This document shows positions 19,793 through 28,478 of a stretch of 64,000 bases of DNA, piece by piece. A program made the position numbers and the translations under genes. Within the stretch, counting starts at the first letter, position 1. Each line of letters starts with the position of its first letter. The notes beneath the pieces were generated by a model, which worked only from the letters and a program-made list of their open reading frames with translations, searched no databases and had not been told where the DNA came from. The stretch lies in assembly GCA_016782425.1 (NCBI GenBank), contig JADHYN010000002.1, forward strand, positions 40,807-104,806, given 5' to 3'. Source of the stretch: Candidatus Omnitrophota bacterium (lineage in GTDB: Bacteria > Omnitrophota > Gorgyraeia > JABMRN01 > RBG-13-46-9).

Positions 19793-21322
19793 CTAACGGG
19801 CTTCATCTTCCCTAACGGTAAAATAGCCTCGATCGGTCCTCACGAGAGTAAGCCCTTCTGCCTCATTTGTAACGTCGATATAGCCCGAAAGATTTCTTAT
19901 CGTTGTCCTGTTTATCTCTCTTATCACATCGCCCTTTCTCAATCCCGCTTCGTAACCGGGGCTTGAAGGGTCGATATCGATAATAACCACCCCTTCTTTA
20001 TCTTTGAGATTCAATTCGCGGCTCATTTCATTGGTAATATCGGAAACCGTAAGTCCCCGCCATTTTTTAGATTCTTGCGGAGTCCTGGTTTCCCTCCTCT
20101 GTGCGAGTTCAACCCTTGATGGCCTTTTCCCGATCCTAACCGGTACTGTTTTTTTAACCCTGTCGCGTATGACTTCAACTTGGGCAATCTGGCCGATTTC
20201 TGCATTTGTCGCCTCTTTTAAAAGATCAGTAACCGCAGCTATTTTCTTGCCGTTAAATGCTATTACGATATCTCCTTCCTTCAAGCCGCCTTTTTCTGCG
20301 GGGCTATCCGGTGTTACCTGTGAAATCAACGCGCCTTTCCGATCCGGCAAATTGAAATATTCCGCCATCTCGGGCGTTATCTCCTGCACTGCAACCCCAA
20401 GCCAGCCATAGACGATCTCTTTTCCTTCTATTAAATCGTCCAAAATGCGCCTTGCTGCGTTTATCGGAATGGCAAATCCCACGCCTTGATAACCGCCGCT
20501 TGTAGAAAATATAGCGACGTTTATACCTATTACCTTCCCGCTCAAATCGCAAAGGGGCCCTCCGCTGTTACCCGGGTTTATGGCAGCATCCGTTTGTATC
20601 ATGTCAACATGTCCTATTTCTCCACCGGGAGCGGGTATCTGCCTGTGCAGGGCGCTGATAACACCAACCGTAACAGTGGGCTTCGGGCTTCTTATGATAT
20701 GGCCGAAGGGATTTCCAAGTGCCACAGCCCATTCGCCTATCTGAACAAGATCCGAATCTCCGAGCTCAACTGTTGGTAAATTTTTGGCCTTTATCTTAAC
20801 GATTGCCAGATCGCTTCTCGGGTCTTTACCCTTTACGGTACCGGCAAAGCTTCTTCCATCGGGAAGGGTTATGCTAATTTTTTCTGCCCCTTCTATCACG
20901 TGATTATTGGTCAGTATATAACCTTTTTTGTCGATGATAAAACCGCTACCTAATCCGCTTTGTTTGAATTCTCTCTCAGGGAATTGATTGAAGAAATCCT
21001 CGAAAAATTTCTCAAACGGATCTTCTCCGTTATCAAACGGGCTTTTAAAGCGCTTAAATCGGAAGCGCGAGCTCGGAATTCCCACTTTCTGAGTACGTTC
21101 TGTAGATACGGCGACAACGGCCTTTCCGACTTTGTCGGCTACGTTTATAAAGGCGTTTTGGATATCAACCTCGCCTCTTACGTCTTTCACCTTAGTGCTT
21201 GTAACGGCTGGCCTAGCGTTTTTACCCGTTTTTGTCCTTACGGGTCTGGGGCGCAATGATAAAATGAAAATCAAAGCAAGCGCGACCATCAGTATAACGA
21301 GATAAAAAACGGATCTTCTCAT
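19793..21322 (-). CDS. HtrA/DegP-family periplasmic serine protease with two PDZ domains
   Basis: N-terminal TM/signal segment, TNNHV (His), GNSGGPL (Ser), and two PDZ-like repeats. The start overlaps the recA stop (ATGA). Confidence 0.9.
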   Translation of the reverse strand: MRRSVFYLVILMVALALIFILSLRPRPVRTKTGKNARPAVTSTKVKDVRGEVDIQNAFINVADKVGKAVVAVSTERTQKVGIPSSRFRFKRFKSPFDNGEDPFEKFFEDFFNQFPEREFKQSGLGSGFIIDKKGYILTNNHVIEGAEKISITLPDGRSFAGTVKGKDPRSDLAIVKIKAKNLPTVELGDSDLVQIGEWAVALGNPFGHIIRSPKPTVTVGVISALHRQIPAPGGEIGHVDMIQTDAAINPGNSGGPLCDLSGKVIGINVAIFSTSGGYQGVGFAIPINAARRILDDLIEGKEIVYGWLGVAVQEITPEMAEYFNLPDRKGALISQVTPDSPAEKGGLKEGDIVIAFNGKKIAAVTDLLKEATNAEIGQIAQVEVIRDRVKKTVPVRIGKRPSRVELAQRRETRTPQESKKWRGLTVSDITNEMSRELNLKDKEGVVIIDIDPSSPGYEAGLRKGDVIREINRTTIRNLSGYIDVTNEAEGLTLVRTDRGYFTVREDEAR

Positions 21323-22353
21323 TTTGAGCTACCCCCTTTTCCGATCTCTGCCATTACTTCTTTCTCGATTTTGTTTAAAATACTCGAGTTCTCCTTCAGG
21401 AAAAGCCTTGCGTTTTCTTTGCCCTGGCCTAATTTCTCTTCGCCATAGGCGTACCATGTGCCGACTTTTTTTACGATGCTTTTTGATTCTGCGATATCCA
21501 ATACATTTGCAGATCTCGAAATTCCCTCGTCATACATTATGTCAAACTCGGCCTTCCGGAAAGGAGGGGCTACTTTATTTTTAACAATATTCGCGCGAAC
21601 CCTGTTTCCGACTACTTCATCACCTTTTTTAAGCGATGCGATTCTTCTTAGGTCTATTCTTACCGATGCGTAAAACTTAAGGGCCCGGCCGCCCGGTGTC
21701 GTCTCGGGATTTCCCCACACGATGCCGATTTTTTCCCGGATCTGGTTTATGAAAATAACGCATGTCTTCGACTTGCTTATGGCTCCTGATAATTTCCTGA
21801 GCGCCTGGCTCATGAGCCGCGCTTGCATGCCCATAAATGACTGCCCCATCTCGCCTTCGATTTCGGCTCTCGGTGTAAGCGCCGCAACAGAATCTATCGC
21901 GATTACGTCAATGGCGCTACTTCTCACCAGCGTTTCCGCTATCTCGAGTGCTTGCTCACCCGTGTCAGGCTGTGAGATCAAGAGGTTATCCAGGTTTACG
22001 CCTATTTTTTTGGCATACGTTGCGTCAAAAGCGTGTTCTGCATCGATAAATGCTGCCTGGCCGCCTCTTTTCTGAACATTTGTGATTATATTCAGCGTGA
22101 GGGTCGTCTTGCCACTGGCTTCGGGTCCGTATACTTCTATCACCCTGCCGCGCGGCACCCCACCGATACCCAATGCAATATCCAGCGCAATCGATCCTGT
22201 CGGAATAGCTGGTATATCCAGCTTAAAGTCCTGCCCAAGTTTCATAATCGAACCCTTCCCGAACTGTTTCTCGATTTGATTAAGGGCAAGCTCCAGCGCC
22301 TTTGCCTTTGTCATGTCGAGGTTCTCTTCCATTTTTTTCTTTGTTTTTGGCAT
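21319..22353 (-). CDS. recA: recombinase RecA
   Basis: [10 protein letters not shown] Walker [15 protein letters not shown]; 344 aa. Confidence 0.97.
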   Translation of the reverse strand: MPKTKKKMEENLDMTKAKALELALNQIEKQFGKGSIMKLGQDFKLDIPAIPTGSIALDIALGIGGVPRGRVIEVYGPEASGKTTLTLNIITNVQKRGGQAAFIDAEHAFDATYAKKIGVNLDNLLISQPDTGEQALEIAETLVRSSAIDVIAIDSVAALTPRAEIEGEMGQSFMGMQARLMSQALRKLSGAISKSKTCVIFINQIREKIGIVWGNPETTPGGRALKFYASVRIDLRRIASLKKGDEVVGNRVRANIVKNKVAPPFRKAEFDIMYDEGISRSANVLDIAESKSIVKKVGTWYAYGEEKLGQGKENARLFLKENSSILNKIEKEVMAEIGKGGSSK

Positions 22354-22438
22354 AAATTACCTCCTCTTAAATAGTGTTACTTATACCCTACACTATAACC
22401 CTTTATATTACCTTGAAATAGGTTATATATTATACATA

Positions 22439-22468
22439 GGCACCCCCCTCCTTGTAAAGCATTTTTCA
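22439..22468 (-). promoter_or_regulatory. candidate recA promoter TTTACA-N18-TATAAT
   Basis: Hexamers read on the minus strand about 85 nt upstream of the recA ATG. Confidence 0.35.
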
Positions 22469-22489
22469 CTGAGACCTGTCCTTGCCTGG

Positions 22490-22512
22490 TTGGCGACCGC
22501 GTCGGTCGCCAA
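22490..22512. repeat. REP palindrome copy A
   Basis: 9-bp GC-rich stem with a 5-nt loop; ends 4 nt before the RAYT stop codon. Confidence 0.9.
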
Positions 22513-22516
22513 GTGG

Positions 22517-23155
22517 TTAATCAAACAGCAAAGTCTTTATTTCCGCTAATTCCCGTTGATAAGAAATTCCATTTATAACAAATCCTTTGTACCAACCTGC
22601 TTCTATGTGTAAAAGACCTTCATATCTGCACAATTTTTCCTTGTCGTTGTTTTCCGGTATATACTCTCGATAGGAAGAATGCTTCCATTCTTCTGGTTTC
22701 TCAACAAGATACGCTGTAACTGGATTTAAATGTACATATCGTGTTAAATGGAGTAACTGTTCATCAGTCTCAACCAATACCTTCTTGGACCTACTTTCCC
22801 ATAACGGCCCTTTTCGTTTATGCTTAAGGTTAAAATAACGGGTATAACTGTTAAGAAGGTTATTTGTAAAAATTGATATTCCATATTCCCTTAACGGTTG
22901 TAATATAAAATGCAAATGGGTAGGCATAAGACAATATGCGATTATTTCTGCAAGCTTTTCTTTTCCAATTAAAAAACTAGCTTTATTACTAAGGTAATTT
23001 GTTTTAGTCGTATATGATCTTGCAAATTTCGAAAAATTAACTGCTGGATTTTCTACCTGATAATAGTAGACCGCGGCCATCATCCGTAAGTAATCATAGT
23101 TATTGTTAAAAATCTTAAATCCTGCTATGCTTTTATTAAAAACATGATAAACCAT
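22517..23155 (-). CDS. IS200/IS605-like Y1 transposase of the REP-associated (RAYT) type
   Basis: HUH motif MPTHLHFIL; catalytic Tyr context LTRYVHLNPV; 212 aa; AAGGAG SD 5 nt upstream; REP copies on both sides. Confidence 0.8.
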   Translation of the reverse strand: MVYHVFNKSIAGFKIFNNNYDYLRMMAAVYYYQVENPAVNFSKFARSYTTKTNYLSNKASFLIGKEKLAEIIAYCLMPTHLHFILQPLREYGISIFTNNLLNSYTRYFNLKHKRKGPLWESRSKKVLVETDEQLLHLTRYVHLNPVTAYLVEKPEEWKHSSYREYIPENNDKEKLCRYEGLLHIEAGWYKGFVINGISYQRELAEIKTLLFD

Positions 23156-23172
23156 CTCTACTCCTTAACCCC

Positions 23173-23194
23173 TTGGCGACCGCGTCGGTCGCCA
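23173..23194. repeat. REP palindrome copy B
   Basis: Same sequence as copy A with the last base changed; directly upstream of the RAYT SD. Confidence 0.9.
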
Positions 23195-23268
23195 CGAGGT
23201 CCCCTTCATATATAAGACAACTGAAATGTAATTTTGCTGCAAAATTTTTTAAAATATTTTCGAGCTGC

Positions 23269-23291
23269 TTGGCGACCGACGCGGTCGCCAA
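23269..23291. repeat. REP palindrome copy C (loop inverted)
   Basis: Identical over 26 nt (TTGGCGACCGACGCGGTCGCCAAATG) to the copy at 46402. Confidence 0.9.
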
Positions 23292-23304
23292 ATGGTCTTT
23301 CTCC

Positions 23305-23332
23305 TTGAATTATTTCTACTGAGCGATATAAT
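23305..23332 (+). promoter_or_regulatory. candidate cinA promoter TTGAAT-N16-TATAAT
   Basis: The -10 hexamer ends 8 nt before the cinA ATG, and no SD lies in between. Confidence 0.45.
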
Positions 23333-23340
23333 AACTCTGT

Positions 23341-24585
23341 ATGCGTGCAGAAATTATTTCGATAGGAACGGAAATCCTTTTAGGCCATATCGTAAATACA
23401 AACACCGCTTATCTATCAAAAAAAATGGCTCTTTTAGGAATAGACGTGTATCGCCATACCACTGTAGGCGATAATCCGATGAGGATTGTTTCTTTATTGA
23501 AGGAGGCGCTTTCGCGATCTGATATCGTGTTTACGACTGGAGGGTTGGGCCCTACGGTCGATGATATCACGCTAAACGCCATAGGTAGTGCTCTTTCCCG
23601 GTCGTTGGTATTCAACAAGGGAATAGAAAAAAGTATTGCAAAACACTTCAGAAAAAGAGGACTTAAGAAGGCACCCAAAGACGCCGTAAAGCAGGCATAT
23701 ATCCCCCGGGGCGCGCGATGGTTCGAAAATAAGGTAGGTACTGCCCCTGCGGTTCTTGTTGAATACGGAAAAAAATTAATAGTCGCCCTTCCCGGCCCTC
23801 CCAGAGAACTAATCCCTTTATGTGAAAAGAATATTATACCTTATTTAAAGAGAAAAGGGCTTGCCGGAAACTGGACCATAAAGACAAAGGCGATAAAAAC
23901 CGTCGGGCTCGTCGAGGCAGAGGTAAACAGGGCTGTAAAGGATCTTCTCTCCATGGGTCCCGAAACGACGGTGGGAATCTACGCGCATCTTGGTGAAGTA
24001 GATCTTAAAATAACCTCAAAAGCAAAAAGTGAAAAAAGCGCTAACCGCGATATCAAAAAAGTCGAGAAAACGATAAGAAAAAGACTTGGCAAATATATAT
24101 ATGGCACGGATACGGAAACCCTGGAATATGCGCTGGGGACAATGCTTGAAAAAAAGAAAAAGACGCTCGCTATCGCCGAGTCCTGCACCGGGGGCCTCAT
24201 AGCTAACCGAATAACAAATATAAGCGGCAGCTCCAAGTACTTTAAAATGGGTGTGGTTGCCTATTCGAATAAATCAAAAATCAATTTACTCGGTGTTTCA
24301 GATGCTAAAATCAAAAAGTCCGGCGCGGTATCAGGAGGGGTTGCTCTCGATATGGCAAAGGGCATAAAAAATCTATCGAAATCGGATATTGCTATAGGCA
24401 TAACAGGTATTGCCGGTCCAAAAGGTAAAGCAAAGAAAAAACCCATCGGCCTGGTATATATTGCGCTGATAAGCGATAAGGTAAAAGTGGTAAAAGAATA
24501 TCGTTTTAAAGGAACTCGCGAAGAAATAAAACTCCAGTCTTCAATTGCGGCTCTTGATCTCGCAAGGCAACATGGCTCAAAATGA
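23341..24585 (+). CDS. cinA: competence/damage-inducible protein CinA (MoCF-like N domain plus PncC-type C domain)
   Basis: MRAEIISIGTEILLGHIVNTN N-terminus; C-terminal ESCTGGL motif; 414 aa. Confidence 0.9.
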   Translation: MRAEIISIGTEILLGHIVNTNTAYLSKKMALLGIDVYRHTTVGDNPMRIVSLLKEALSRSDIVFTTGGLGPTVDDITLNAIGSALSRSLVFNKGIEKSIAKHFRKRGLKKAPKDAVKQAYIPRGARWFENKVGTAPAVLVEYGKKLIVALPGPPRELIPLCEKNIIPYLKRKGLAGNWTIKTKAIKTVGLVEAEVNRAVKDLLSMGPETTVGIYAHLGEVDLKITSKAKSEKSANRDIKKVEKTIRKRLGKYIYGTDTETLEYALGTMLEKKKKTLAIAESCTGGLIANRITNISGSSKYFKMGVVAYSNKSKINLLGVSDAKIKKSGAVSGGVALDMAKGIKNLSKSDIAIGITGIAGPKGKAKKKPIGLVYIALISDKVKVVKEYRFKGTREEIKLQSSIAALDLARQHGSK

Positions 24586-25142
24586 GAACATTTATAGCAT
24601 TAGAACTATCTGATGAAATAAAAGAAGAATTTTCGCGTCTAGAGGAGAAGCTTAAAACCGCTGAAGCAGACGTGAAATGGGTCAAGCCGCATAATATACA
24701 CCTTACACTGAAATTCCTGGGAGACGTCGAAGAAAGTAAAATCGGGCAAATTAAAAACGTTCTCGACGGGATTTCAGCCCAAAATAACTCCTTCGAGATA
24801 AGTCTTTTCAAGCTGGGTGCCTTTCCAAATTTAAATCAATTGCGCGTCCTGTGGGTGGGGCTTGAGAAGGGTTTTTCTGAGGCAGAAAAAATTGCAAATT
24901 CAATTGAAGATAATTTAGAAAAAATAGGCTTCCCCAAGGAAAAAAGGCCGTTCAGTGCTCATTTTACTCTCGGAAGGGTAAAATCCGGCAAGAACAAAAA
25001 TCAATTAAAAGAATTAATTAGTTCCCTCGAAGTCCGGCCAAAATCCTGCGTAATAAAACATATTACGCTTTTCCAATCTACGTTGACGCCGAAAGGACCG
25101 ATTTACGCTTCGCTCCACAGAGCGAAACTTACGGATAGGTAG
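24582..25142 (+). CDS. thpR: RNA 2',3'-cyclic phosphodiesterase (2H family)
   Basis: Two HxT/S motifs, HLTLKF and HFTLGR; 186 aa. Confidence 0.85.
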   Translation: MRTFIALELSDEIKEEFSRLEEKLKTAEADVKWVKPHNIHLTLKFLGDVEESKIGQIKNVLDGISAQNNSFEISLFKLGAFPNLNQLRVLWVGLEKGFSEAEKIANSIEDNLEKIGFPKEKRPFSAHFTLGRVKSGKNKNQLKELISSLEVRPKSCVIKHITLFQSTLTPKGPIYASLHRAKLTDR

Positions 25143-25671
25143 GGTACGAAACGAGTCTGGGAAAGGGTATTTTCTTTATTCTTTTACTCTTAAGGATCGT
25201 TTTGACGCCCGGTATGATCTGAAAACCTATTTTTGAATCTTCGAATATACCTTCACAAAAAACTTCAAATTTTGGCATGCGGTGTTTTTCCCTTACATCA
25301 AAAATCCTGATTATAAAATCCTTCCCGTTTACTGTAAACGGGTAATACCGGGTAAAGCCTTTTCTCTTGAAATCGATATTATCGAGATCAAAGCTAATGC
25401 CGAATTCCCTCTCCCAGATAGCGGAATCCAGGGTCATCTTCTCTTTTATTTTTGCCTTCGATAGACGTTCTCTGGCGTCTAGTTGATATAGACCAAGGGC
25501 AAAAGTTAAAACATTAAATTCCTTAAGAAATGTCAGGGCTTGGCTGGTTTCTATTGGACTAACTTTTTGATTTAACCGTAAGGGTGAGGTCCCTATATTC
25601 GAAGATGTGGCTACTGTAGCATGAACCAAAAACAAACAAATCAATATTAACAAGAGCTTGTCTTTGTTCAC
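25129..25671 (-). CDS. hypothetical secreted protein
   Basis: N-terminal signal-like segment LLLILICLFLVHA; no recognisable motif; 14-nt convergent overlap with thpR. Confidence 0.4.
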   Translation of the reverse strand: MNKDKLLLILICLFLVHATVATSSNIGTSPLRLNQKVSPIETSQALTFLKEFNVLTFALGLYQLDARERLSKAKIKEKMTLDSAIWEREFGISFDLDNIDFKRKGFTRYYPFTVNGKDFIIRIFDVREKHRMPKFEVFCEGIFEDSKIGFQIIPGVKTILKSKRIKKIPFPRLVSYPTYP

Positions 25672-25772
25672 TTTATCTCGCTTGCTTTTTATTAGTTTTA
25701 TTATACCAAATTAATTACCGTTTATCAAGTAAAAAAACTGATTTATTTTATTGATTTTTTATCAAATTGATA

Positions 25773-25800
25773 TTGACAAACCTGAAATATGCGCTATACT
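25773..25800 (+). promoter_or_regulatory. sigma70-type promoter TTGACA-N16-TATACT
   Basis: Consensus -35 and near-consensus -10 read directly, about 135 nt upstream of the XRE-cupin gene. Confidence 0.6.
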
Positions 25801-25811
25801 TAAATGAGGAC

Positions 25812-25848
25812 ACTACTTGCGTAAACCCATTGGGTTTACGCAAGTAGT
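25812..25848. promoter_or_regulatory. 37-bp perfect palindrome ACTACTTGCGTAAACCCA-T-TGGGTTTACGCAAGTAGT (candidate operator or leader hairpin)
   Basis: Read directly; begins about 5 nt after the predicted transcription start. Confidence 0.6.
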
Positions 25849-25862
25849 ATATCCGAATTTAT

Positions 25863-25903
25863 CCAGCACTTATTTCAATGCATATTTCCGAAATAAGTGC
25901 TGG
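25863..25903. promoter_or_regulatory. inverted repeat CCAGCACTTATTTC-N13-GAAATAAGTGCTGG
   Basis: 14-bp perfect arms; ends 18 nt before the GGAGG SD of the XRE-cupin gene. Confidence 0.55.
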
Positions 25904-25935
25904 GTTCACTGGAGAAATTTGGAGGAAATAAACTT

Positions 25936-26487
25936 ATGAAGATTGGAAAAAAAATAAAAACTTTCAGAAAAGAACGGAAAATAACACTTAAGGAACTCTC
26001 GGAAAAAAGCGGTGTGCAGATTGCCACCTTAAGCCGGATAGAAAACGACATCATGACAGGCACCCTCCAGTCGCATATCGGCATCTGTAAAGCGCTCGGC
26101 ATCTCGTTATCTGACTTTTATCGAGAAGTGGAAGAGGACCACAAAACACTTTCTTTAATTAGGCAAAAAGAAAAACGCCAGTCTTTCGTTCATTCAAAGA
26201 AATCTTCAACGGAAATGCTGGCGGCAAAAGTCATGAGTAAGCAGATGATGCCGCTTCTAATTAAAATTCAAAAGGGTGGCGAAACCCACAAAGAAGAAAA
26301 TAAAGTCGGAACAGAAAAATTCGTATATGTGCTGGAAGGCAAGCTTCGCGCAAAGATAGGAAAAGAAGAGTACCGCCTCTCAAAGGGTGACAGCATATAT
26401 TTCGAGGCTTCTCTCCCTCATGTTTTTTATAATAACAGCAAAGGCGAGGCACGCGTTATTGTTGTATTAACTCCACCGTCATTTTAA
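25936..26487 (+). CDS. XRE-family HTH transcriptional regulator with C-terminal cupin domain
   Basis: HTH_3-like ITLKELSEKSGVQIATLSRIEN and cupin-like VLEGKLRAKIG...GDSIYFEASLPH. ATG 25936 is preferred (GGAGG 10 nt upstream) over the track's GTG at 25897. Confidence 0.8.
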   Translation: MKIGKKIKTFRKERKITLKELSEKSGVQIATLSRIENDIMTGTLQSHIGICKALGISLSDFYREVEEDHKTLSLIRQKEKRQSFVHSKKSSTEMLAAKVMSKQMMPLLIKIQKGGETHKEENKVGTEKFVYVLEGKLRAKIGKEEYRLSKGDSIYFEASLPHVFYNNSKGEARVIVVLTPPSF

Positions 26488-26500
26488 TAAGGGGGTAAAT

Positions 26501-26863
26501 ATGTCTATAAGAAAGAAAATTTTAATTTGTGATGACGAAGAAGGTGTGAGAGAATCGTTAAAACTTATTCTTGAAGATGACTATGATTTGGCTTTCGCAT
26601 CAACCGGGATTGAAGTAATCGATAATTTAAAAAAAGAACCTATCGATCTTATAATGCTCGATATCAAAATGCCAAAGATGAATGGCCTTGAAACACTAAG
26701 GGAACTAAAAAATGTCTCCCCTAAAACAAAAGTTGTAATCGTAAGCGGGTATCGTTCCGTAGAAGCTGCAAATGAGGCCATAAAAAGCGGTGCAAGCGAT
26801 TACATGGTTAAGCCATTTGACACCGACCAGATTTTAAAAACCCTTAATAAAATCCTACAATAA
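26501..26863 (+). CDS. receiver-only response regulator (CheY-like)
   Basis: ILICDDEE, LDIKMPKMNG, VSGY, MVKPF; 120 aa with no output domain. Confidence 0.85.
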   Translation: MSIRKKILICDDEEGVRESLKLILEDDYDLAFASTGIEVIDNLKKEPIDLIMLDIKMPKMNGLETLRELKNVSPKTKVVIVSGYRSVEAANEAIKSGASDYMVKPFDTDQILKTLNKILQ

Positions 26864-26864
26864 A

Positions 26865-28478
26865 ATGAACTGGTATGGAATAGTCCAGCTGACAAATGGG
26901 ATTTTCAGTTTTTTTATTGGTATTTTTGTATTGACGCGGGACGTTAAAAACAAAATATACAGACTGTTTAGTATATTTTGTTTTTTTATTTCTATTTGGT
27001 GCGTTAGCTATTCCCTGTGGTGTTTACAAGCCGAGGTTAAGCCGGCTCTTTTCTGGTTTAAAATGTTAATATTTGGGGCTATCTTTATACATACTTTTTA
27101 TTTACATTTTGCTCTTTTATTGCTTGATAAAATTAGGGAGTTAAAATATATTCTATTTTTTTCATATGCCATAAGTATTTTATTTGCCATTCTGGATTTC
27201 ACACCTTTTCTTATAGTAAATTTTAATCAAGCTAAATTTTCTTTTAAATTTTGGCCTGATGCTAATTTGTTAATGTCATCATTTATCTTTATCGAAGTAT
27301 TTATTGCTTATTACACGGGATATTTGTTTTATAGAGAATACCGTGCGACTAGTGACTATTCTAGAAAAAATCAAATGAAATATTTATTCATACTTACATT
27401 TCTGGGGTTTAGCGGGGGTTTCACAAATTGGTTTTATTGGTATGACATACCGATATCTCCTTTTGGAAATGTCCTTGTTACGGTGTATTTATCATTAACG
27501 ACTTATGCCATTCTAAAACATCATCTGCTCGATATCGATTTAGTTATACGTAAGGGGTTAATCTATTCTGTGTTGGTGACAATAATTTCGATAGCATATC
27601 TTTTATTGGTATTTGCAAGTGAAACCATATTCAGGGGATTTATGGGGTATAAATCTATCCCATGGACTTTGTCTATAATATTGCTGTTTGCCATTCTGTT
27701 TCAACCGTTGAAAAGTAAAATTCAATATTTTGTAGACAGAATATTTTTTAAGAAGACAACCCAAGAAATGGAGCAGGAAAATATACGATTGCGTGAAGAA
27801 CTACAAAGAAGTGAAAAACTGAAGGCTGTTGGAACGCTGGCTGCCGGAATGGCGCATGAAATCAAAAATCCGCTCACCAGTATTAAAACATTTACCGAAT
27901 ATCTACCCAAGAAATATAATGATAAAAAATTTATAGACAAATTCCAGAGAATAGTTAGTTCCGAAGTTGACAAGATTAATGATATCGTTGGACAATTATT
28001 AGATTTTGCTAAACCTAAGCCGCTTGATTTAAAAGATTGGAATATACAGAACCTGCTTGACGAAACATTAGATTTTTTATCGAATGATCTAATAAAACAT
28101 AAGATAAAAGTCATAAAAAATTATACAGTTTTGAATCCTACGATACGAATCGACCCCAGACAAATAAAACAGGCAATTCTAAATATAATATTGAATGCTA
28201 TTGATGCTATGAAGAATAAAGGCGGGCAATTAATGGTTTTTTTACATAAAGACAGCGAACAATATAAGATTGGAATTGAAGATACTGGTTGCGGAATTAA
28301 CAGGAAAGATTTGCCGCATCTTTTTGACCCATTCTATTCCACTAAAGATACAAATACCGGATTAGGTTTAAGTATCGTTCACGGAATTATTGAAAAACAT
28401 AACGGAAGGATCGAGGTAGAAAATGCGTTAGGAAAAGGAACAAAATTCACTATTTATCTACCAAAAATCTCACCCTGA
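26865..28478 (+). CDS. sensor histidine kinase with N-terminal multi-TM (7TM-type) sensor
   Basis: About 7 hydrophobic helices, H-box AAGMAHEIKNPLT, and N/G boxes (NAIDAM, GTGLGLSIV). Confidence 0.85.
   Translation: MNWYGIVQLTNGIFSFFIGIFVLTRDVKNKIYRLFSIFCFFISIWCVSYSLWCLQAEVKPALFWFKMLIFGAIFIHTFYLHFALLLLDKIRELKYILFFSYAISILFAILDFTPFLIVNFNQAKFSFKFWPDANLLMSSFIFIEVFIAYYTGYLFYREYRATSDYSRKNQMKYLFILTFLGFSGGFTNWFYWYDIPISPFGNVLVTVYLSLTTYAILKHHLLDIDLVIRKGLIYSVLVTIISIAYLLLVFASETIFRGFMGYKSIPWTLSIILLFAILFQPLKSKIQYFVDRIFFKKTTQEMEQENIRLREELQRSEKLKAVGTLAAGMAHEIKNPLTSIKTFTEYLPKKYNDKKFIDKFQRIVSSEVDKINDIVGQLLDFAKPKPLDLKDWNIQNLLDETLDFLSNDLIKHKIKVIKNYTVLNPTIRIDPRQIKQAILNIILNAIDAMKNKGGQLMVFLHKDSEQYKIGIEDTGCGINRKDLPHLFDPFYSTKDTNTGLGLSIVHGIIEKHNGRIEVENALGKGTKFTIYLPKISP

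Larger units (their letters stand above)
22490..23291. mobile_element. REP-RAYT unit: tyrosine-transposase gene bracketed by three copies of a 23-nt palindrome
   Basis: TTGGCGACC-GCGTC-GGTCGCCAA at 22490-22512 and 23173-23194. The loop-inverted form TTGGCGACC-GACGC-GGTCGCCAA is at 23269-23291. The gene lies between the first two copies. Confidence 0.8.

Noticed and set aside
19715-19966. 83-aa ORF whose product contains KKFLTGF twice, resembling a prepilin cleavage motif
   Set aside because: The FLTGF strings are just translations of the ATTTCTAACGGG repeat arms. No hydrophobic helix follows them, and most of the ORF is antisense to the htrA C-terminus.
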